Below are positions 27,601 to 36,600 of a stretch of 64,000 bases of DNA, piece after piece. The first letter of the stretch is position 1, and each line of letters begins with the position of its first letter. The stretch lies in contig NW_004797776.1 of the NCBI RefSeq assembly GCF_000002075.1, forward strand, positions 233,949 to 297,948, read 5' to 3'. The notes beneath the pieces were generated by a model, which saw nothing but the letters and a program-made list of their open reading frames with translations, was not told the origin of the DNA and did no database searches. A program made the position numbers and the translations under genes. This DNA is from Aplysia californica (taxonomy: Eukaryota).

Positions 27601-30600
27601 GTGTGCAGTCATGTTCGTTTTTGACAAATTGTTAGAATTGCTGGCTGTCTGGTGGTATTTCACCCCACATAGCAATTCAGCAGAGAAGCAGGATTGTGAA
27701 TTCCTTTATTTTACAATTGCATGTTATTACCAAACATTTGAAACTCAGTACCGACAGTCTTATCTTTTTTTTTTTTCTAGTTTTTTGTTTTATTTAAATC
27801 GATACGGGGTGTAAGCGAACAGCTCAATTTTTTTTTTTTTTTGTTCTTTTACTGTTCGTAGTATGTTTCCTTTTTTTCGTAGTTAACTGTCACAAATATT
27901 TTAATGTCGAGTAATAAGTGTCGCGACATGGTGGAATCAGGCGCTTGTCAATTTTTTGGCATGTGGGGTTATATATATATGGTTAAAGCTTTTTCATTTG
28001 CCTTCTATTTGGTGAAAGACATATCCATGTGTGATGCATAGAAGTCGATATATTTGCGATTGAAGGAGGTCAGGGTCACCTGGTTTCAGAGGTGAAATTA
28101 GCCAAAGTATTGTCATTTCGGTAGCTTGAGAGTCCTTGAAAACTGAAAGTCAACATCTTTTGCGCCTTTAATTGATGTTTTTCGGTAAAATCCACACACA
28201 ATGTGTTTGTGAATGGATATAAACGGTGTTGAGCCAAAAAAAAAAAAAAGAAAATTAGTTAAAAAAATTGTCCCACAGTCAGAAAAATGCCAATTTCTTT
28301 GATTTCACTATTTTCACGAGTGCCTAGTTTCACCATGATGCCTCACATATATTCCTGTATATAATTTATTTTGCTTCTTTCACTTCTTACGTACAGAGGA
28401 TGTTGAGAACGCCCCTCGACCTGAGGTTGCGGCCCCTGCCCCACAAGCCCCCAGCATCCCCCCGGAGGTAACAGCAGAACTGGAGCGTCTTCGCATTGAC
28501 GTTCGGGAAGCTACTGTGGCCTTGGAGACACAAGTGAGAGACAACATGCAACTGGGCAGGTGAGTGTCCTTTGAGGGGAGAAGTGCTCCTTGGGGGGAGA
28601 AGTGCAATTATTTTTTTAAGAAGAAAAATACATGTAAAAATAGTTTTTGACGCTTGATGTATTAGACGACATGATGTAGATTTTTAGTCCCTGTGCACAC
28701 ATTTCGAAGGGGCCTGAAAAGTTAAAGGGATTTTCTCTCGTAGCCTGTTGTGGCACCTCTGTTCATCTTTACTTGGTTATCTGCTGCTGTCCAGTGTCTT
28801 CTGTGTCGTGTCTCTCTGCTGGGGTGTTCACCACACAGCTTAAGTCGGCTCGAGAAGTGTTGTTGACTCGGCCTGCCTTCTGACTAGTGTGAGGGGGGTT
28901 GTTGGAAGTTGCCACTGTTGAGTCTTTCTTTTTGTTCTCTTTGTCTGACTTTTTCCTTCCATTAAATAACTTGTTAATGTGTCTGTGCCTCTCTTGACTC
29001 AAACTTGATTTTCTAAATTGTGTTGATGTCGGTATAAGTCCATTACAGTGGGGGATGTTGGAGGACACCACTGTTAGGTCCTGCCTTTTTTCTTTGTCTT
29101 GTTTCTGTCCGTCTTATTTTTTCCTGTGGGTGGTTTGCGGGTGCTCTGGTATGGTTTGCTCCTTCTTTCCAATAAAAAAATTATCTTCTCTATCTGCCCT
29201 CCTTCTTTTTTGTGTTTGTTACTCTCTCGTAACACTTCTTATCTTCGGCACTTATATGACCTTATTGTGTTGCAAGTGCTGTAAAACTCTTACTAAAACT
29301 AAACTTACTTTTTCCTTGCCTTAAATAAATGTTTCTGTGCTTCTTCACAAATCTAATAAAGGCCATTACAATTTTTGCTAATCACAGACTGCTGGAGGAG
29401 AAGGAGGAGCGAGTGTCAAACCTGGAGCGGTCAGTGGAGGAGATGGGCGAGCAGGCAGGGGACAAGGTCCAGCTGTTGGAGAGTATCCAGAGTGACCGAA
29501 CGGCCCTGAGCCGAGCTCTGTCGCAGAACAAGGAGCTCAAGACACAGCTGGAGGAGCTGCAACAGGGATTTGTCAAGATTGTGAGTCGGCTCGTCATATC
29601 CCGTGGTAGACTTGGGAGAGGGATAGGTCAAGATTGCTGGTGGATGGTCATTTTCTGTGTCATATTGTCGGTCAGTGATTGGTCAAGATTGTGAGGTTCT
29701 GAGGGGTTGGGGTTTTTTTTTTTGGTCCTTTGCCTTTTTTTTCTTTTCTTCTGCCTTCATTTTCTCTTTTGTATCCTCCTTATCTGATCATTTAAAACCT
29801 CTGTGTTGTTGGTTTTACTTCTTTTTCACTTTTGTTTCTATCTATTCATCTGTATTGCTTATTTTCCCTACCCCACATAATGTTATAACTATGTCAGTGT
29901 GTTTCTTTTTGCTCAAGCAATAGCCTCTCAAATTGTCTGTGTTCATGTCTTACCCCTAGCTCAACCACTCCCCTCCACCTTTTCATTCACGTATTTTCTT
30001 ACCTTTTTGCTCATTCTTTCCACCAGAGCACAGATAACATGGAGCTGGTGACCAGACTACAGACAGAGCAACACTCGGTCAACGAACTATCAGCCAAACT
30101 GGCACAACAGGAGGATGAACTCACACAGATACGAGAAGTTGTGAGTTATTTCTAACAGAAGTGTGTTCTCAGTATAACTGGCCGATCAATGGTCTTGGAT
30201 ATTTGTCTGACCTGAATTTCTTCAGTTTTATGCTGAGTGTTGTTTAGAATTTTGCCCAGATGGGCCTGTTTTTTCCCCTCGACTTCCAAGTGCTAAAGTG
30301 TTTTTATAGATAGTTAATGTTCTATACCCCCACCACCACAATTTAAATATTATAAGAATGTTGTTGCTTGCATATTTCCTCCCACAAATCAACCTGTAGT
30401 GTGCAACTCTCTCCCTCAGCTGTCCTCCAAGGAAGGGGAGGTGACAGAGCTCAAGTCTGCCCAGCAGTTTGTGGAGAAGGAGATGTACCAGCAGGACCAG
30501 ATGACGGACAGACTCCGACACTACGAGGCTCAGGCACAGCTGGTGGACACGCTACAGAATGAACTCACAGCCGCACAGGTAAATCTGGGTGCACGCCACA

Positions 30601-33600
30601 ATATCATCAAACTTAAACGGAGATCTCTTTCAGAGAAACAAATGTATGTTCAGCGACTGAAATGTACGGTCTTGGCTCTTTTCATTGTTTTTTTCATGAT
30701 CAGGTCGTATCTTGTGATTAGTCTTACTTTTATGCGTGTTCTATGGTTGGTCACAAACTTTGCTCACTGTCAGAGACAGTGAAAGCTCTGTCCTGTAAAT
30801 CATAAGATCTGTCTGGGTATTTTTTAAGTGCAGTATATTTGAAGCCAGCTTTCAAGTTAAAAGTTGCACATTATAATGCTGTCAGTTATAATCATTATCA
30901 TGAAAAGTGGGCACTCTAGTTAAGTTTTACACTTTCACATCTTCTGTGTGTTTTTATTGTGCTAATTATGCCATAGGATAGTGTTGCTAATGTCGTCATG
31001 ACTTGCTATGTAAAGCAGCAGATCATCTCAAACTGTTCTCATCAAACATTTGTCATTCTCTTATACCTTTCAGGATATGATGGAGGCTTTGACTACTCAA
31101 AACAGTGAGTTACGAACCATGCTTATCAAGGCTACAGAGGTTAAGTCACCCTCAAGGTCAGAGAGTGCGGAGAACGGTGACAGTGAAGGAGAAGGACGCA
31201 ATGAGATTGTAAGTTGTCATTGTTTGATGTTGATTTTTTAAAGTTTTTATTGAAGTTTGGTGAATTTGGATTTGTTCTAGTTGAGAAGGNNNNNNNNNNN
31301 NNNNNNNNNNNNNNNNNNNNNNNNNNNNNNNNNNNNNNNNNNNNNNNNNNNNNNNNNNNNNNNNNNNNNNNNNNNNNNNNNNNNNNNNNTTCATCATCAG
31401 TTAACACACTCCCGCGGTATTCATGGCGAAAACACGTTTCCCGGCGCGCGCGCGCTGTACACCAACAGTACACACTAAGTGACCCCGGCACGTCTGACGT
31501 AATCGGTTGTTGATAAGATACGCATCTGGGCACAGACGCAGGATTAGAGTTAAGCCATTCCCAAAGGGGGGACATTTCTCGTTCAAGTGCACAGTAGAAT
31601 TGTAAATAGGCTGATCTAACAATATCATGCTCATGACTGTGCCTGAAGTACAACAGGGAACTGCTGCTTTCTCATTCCTAATCCTATCGTCATTTTCCTC
31701 TACTTCTTTTGTATGTTTGTCACACTCTTGTGACCCACTATTTCCAGGGTGCCTTGATAGTCGAAGCAGACTTTGTTCTGCTGAAGCTAGAGAGGTGAGC
31801 AGAGTAAGTCTGATTCCCTGTAAGGACTTCTCTGTTGACGTCCACCCCTTGGTGCTTGTATGACCTTATGCTGTTGCGAGCACCGTAAAACTTCTACTAA
31901 AAAAAACAACTTGAAATGGGGCTATAATTTTACACAGTGTGTGTCAATGCATTTACACTGCATTTGTTTTTATACACTTTACACATAGATATTTTTAGAT
32001 TTATGAGGACACTTGGTGATTTTCTTTTATTTACAGTACATTGAAACTTATGCTTTTGTTTCTGCGACACTGACCAAAGCTTAAGCTTTCACTGACACTG
32101 TCCGGTTGTCCACTTCCCCAGACTGGCGCTGTACAATGACCAGGACAGTAATCACGACGCTTCACACATGGACGCCGACAGCGCCTCTGTGTCGTCGGAC
32201 CAGAAGCACTCCCATCGTTCCCACGGCCACTCACACCACCACCCCCATCACAGCAACAACCACCACCACAACCACCATCACCCAGCTGACCCGTCATCCT
32301 CGTCTTTCCCTGCGCCCGCCGAAGAGGACCACACGGCGCACAAAATCCTCAGCCTGCTCACTGAGTTGGGACATTCGCACATGGTGGATCAGGTGCCACT
32401 CATAGACAGGAACTTCCTTCCCTGCAAGTTCTGCAAAGGGGCTGTGCAAATTGTTTAGTGAATTGCCTTCTGTTGGTGAGGGGGGGGGGGGCAGGGTTGA
32501 GAATGCTATCAGGCTTTCACATGATCATTTCCTGTGTGGACTTTTCTGTCAGGGAGCTGCGCAAACTGTGTTGTGGAACCTGGAGAGGGAGGAGGGAATA
32601 GGGTTGGAGGTGGTCGAACAGTAATTTATCTTCTTATGTAGTTGTCATTTTCTGGGGGGGGTTTTGTGATTGGACAGCACCTCTTTGGCTTATGTGGATA
32701 GAAAGGGGAGGTCTTGGAAGAAAGATCATTTGATGTTCTGTGTATTCAATAGATTTCACAGCTCCAGAAGGAATCCATAAGAATTGTGTAATGTTTTAAC
32801 CTGTGTGTGAAAGTGAGAATGTTGTAAACTGGCCCCCTTAGTGGTCACATTGAGCACTTTGATGGTCTGATCCTGTGGTGGTATGTGATCTAGTCGTTCA
32901 GCTGTTAGTCATCTTGTCACTTTTCGACCCGTGACTGTGGAGACCGTGCCTGGTGGTCTCTTGTTCTGAGTGGTGGGATTTCTTCAGGAGTAGAATGGTC
33001 ACCGATTTGTACAACGTGCTGCTATCTGATTGATTGGACATTTGGTGAACCAATGTATTCAAGATGTTTGCAAGATACCGTGATATCTTCCTCGGCCGGA
33101 GTATTTCTTTTCGTGTTTGGACAGTGCCCCTGATCCAAGGGCACGAGATACATCACTGTCCTAGTTTTCGCAACTCCAGTTTTTCGTTATCAAAAAAAGA
33201 ACATATCCTGAAGGAATGTAGAGTACGTTTTTGTACAAGTTTCAGGATGGTCAACCTCTCATTAAATGAAAGATCTGGACTAGTAGTTTTGTGCTGAGCC
33301 CGTCTTGGAGAATGCATAATTTCGACAGACCTACGAAAATCAAATTGCTCCACTGTGGTGTTCCTTACATGATTGAAGCTCTTAAGAAGAAATCATTATG
33401 ATTCGAGTCTGGAAAGGCAAAAGATTAGGAATTTTAAATGATTTATAAAAAACTGTGATAAATGACTGAGGACATTGTAGCTCGTTGAATATTTTTTATT
33501 TCTTTCTTATACTTGCTAAAGGAGGATACTTTTAAAAATATTTTTTGTGCTGTATTCTTCCCGGGGAAGATACTGCAAATTTGGTTTCGTTGGATTAAAT

Positions 33601-36600
33601 TTCTTCCTTGCTAGTTATTGGCCCTCTTAGTAGTCTTAGGAAAGTACCTCTTCATTTAAAAAATTTGTTTTAGTATGTATACAATGTGACCAACATGTAA
33701 TGATATTTTGCTCAGCAAATTTTGAAAATGAATATTCATCGGGAAAATCTTATTTTGTCTTTTTCGTGTTTGGATTTTAGAAGTAGTTTTGTGTAGTGGT
33801 CACAGCAATGTTTATTCCCCCCCCCAACCCGGGCCGACTCTCGTACTCCACACTCGGGTCATTGGTGAATGTCATGAGATTTTTGTTTCAAAAGTAAAAT
33901 CACAAGTAATGTCTGCTCATTTTGGGATGGGGCCATTATGTTTTAGAGTAGTATGAGACTAGAGCCGCTACTGGTGGTTCTGTAGTGACTCTGTCATTAT
34001 TGTAAGGCTAAGAATTATATCCGTCAGTGAAAAAATTTGTACATCAACCACTCACCATTTGTCTCTCATCTATAGCACGGTGTACTCACAACAGGTCTTG
34101 TAGTCCTCTGTGGATGTGAAGGTGGATTGACTTTTCGGGACGCAAGTCAAAATGTTTTGCCCTAGCTAAGTCACCTCATGTACACACCCTGTACCCAGCC
34201 GAGTTTTGCTATAACATCACTGTCAGCCGTGTCCATTCTGGATTTTTTCCCACATTGTGAGGCGGAGAATCGTGTGCACATGTGTGTTACTGAGTAGCAC
34301 ATGTATGGGAGAGTAGAGAACATAGGCCTATAATGATCAAGATCTCATGTGATGGTATCGCGCAAATGCTAATATATAATATATTATTCCTCAAGCAATG
34401 TGATGCTATGTTACTGTTTTAACTCCTGTGAGTGTTTTACTCTCATCTGTAGTGAACCAAGAGCTTGTATAGCTTGTTCTTTATGTAGTTATCCTGTAAT
34501 CTCCCCCACAAAGTTGCAGATAATCATCAGAGAATAAGTCCTGAATGTTTTAGTTCAAAACGGGGGGGGGGGGGGGGGATCTTATTGATCACACTTGTAT
34601 ACTCCATGGTGCCCATGTGCTGTGGGATTATTTAATAAGTAGCCAGGCATAAAACAAGAGCTGTGGGTGAGTGAGAGAGTGCGTGGGATGTCCTGTGTGG
34701 ATGTGTGACGTCAGCAGTTTGTTCTCCTGACCCTTTGTCCTGTGCGAGCTTCGTAGTTGGTGGAAGATGAGTGCTCTGATGGTGCACCTCCTAATATTCT
34801 ATCTTTTCAGTCCTTGTATACAGTGTGTACATATAATATTTATATGTGTATAAGAATACTGACCATGTTCGCTGTGTGTATGAATGTTTTGTGTCTGTTG
34901 TGGAGAGATGGTGAACATTCTTTACAACCTGTGGCTGCTGCTTCTGGTGGTCAGGCTTGTCAGAGGAGATGGAAAGTGTTGTGTATGGCTTGTTTATGTA
35001 TCTGCAGCTGTGAGGTTTATGTCTGCATCATTATAATATAATGTTTATCACCAACATTGTCTTCGTTATAGTTGTTCGTTTTATCTTTGTGTTTGTCAAG
35101 GTTGTGTATGCAGTTTTTGTGACTCTCCAGAAGTACTGGTCGATTCCTGCAAGTAGGTAAAGATGTGGACGCGTGCCTGAAATTTTTTTTCAGTGTGTAG
35201 GTCATTTCGTCTTTTCTCTGGTTACACCCAAGTCTCTGTGAGTTCAATACTGTTTCCAAGTTTGAGGAGTAGTAAAATCACTAATGAAGCTTAGAAATAA
35301 TTGTTAAAAAAATACAATTCAAGAAGAGAATTGATATTGTTCATTAATTCTTTGTTAAAGACGAGATGAGAGACTGGAATGAAATAAGAATGGGAAAGGG
35401 AAAAATGGGAACATCCTGATTGTGCCATCCAGTGCGAGTCAGCATAAACTGTTAAGACCCTTAAGACCCTTAAGTGTTGCTGTCCGAGTAAAAACTGGTC
35501 TGTTGGTGAGTGGTAGGCAGGTGCTTTCGTGTGGTTTGCTTTTCTTTCTTATAAAAAATCTGTTTTATCTTCCTTTTCTCTCTTAATTTTTTTTTTTGGG
35601 GGGGGGGGGTATGTTACTCTGTATTACTAACACCTCTAATTTTCAGCATTTATATTTAACCTGTTTGTGTTGCACATGCCGTAAACTCTTAACTTACACT
35701 GAACTGTTAAGACCTTTGAACCTTGCTGCTGTATCTGTAAAAGATGATCTGTTATGCTGATGTGGGAGGAGGGTAGATATTGTGTGCCATGCTCCACGGA
35801 CAAATCAAACTGTTTCGACTCTTTCTTTTTATATGAGTTAAACTTGCTTAAACACCCTGCTGAAGGATATTTGAGTTGTAGGAAAGTGCACTTCTTTTTC
35901 TGTTTCTTTGTTTCATTTATCTGTTTGTCTTGCTATATCCCAGCACTACTTATTCTATTAGATTTGTTCGAATTAGATTTAAACTATACAGATACCCCCC
36001 GGGGCGGTTCTACTGACTGAAGTTTATAGGCCATTCCCAAAGGGGAGACATTAACCTGTTCTTATGCACAGTAGTCAGTAGAATTGTAAATGGGCTGATT
36101 CATCGATGTCATGCTCATAACTGCCTGAACTGCAACAGGGAACTTCTGCTTTTTCTTTCCTAATCTTTACCATCGTCATTTTCCTCTACTTCTTTTGTAT
36201 GTTTGTCACACTCTTGTGATCCGCTATTTCCGGGGTGCCTTGATATATATAGCAGACTTTGTGCTGTTGAAGCTAGAGAGATGAGCAAAGTAAGTCTGAT
36301 TCCCTGTAAGGACTTCTCTGTTGACATCCACCCCTTGGTGCCCATATGACCTTATGCAGTTGCAAGCGCCATAAAACCTCTACTAAATCAAAACAAAACC
36401 ATACATACAACACAGAAATAGATTTATTGTGATTGTGTGTCTGTTGTTTTCTTTGTTTGAGAAAGGCCTGTTTTTGCCACTATTTATGGTTCTTTGTTGT
36501 CTATGACACTTTTAATATTGAATTGTATATGTTTAATGGAATGTATATACTTACGTAAGTCACGCTCGATTTGACCAGAAAAACACAGATCATTTTGAGT

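Noticed and set aside
29572-29696. Three copies of GTCAAGATTG(TGAG) duplicating the exon end and donor
   Set aside because: Local duplication; the distal donor would be out of frame with the next exon, and there is no support for its use.
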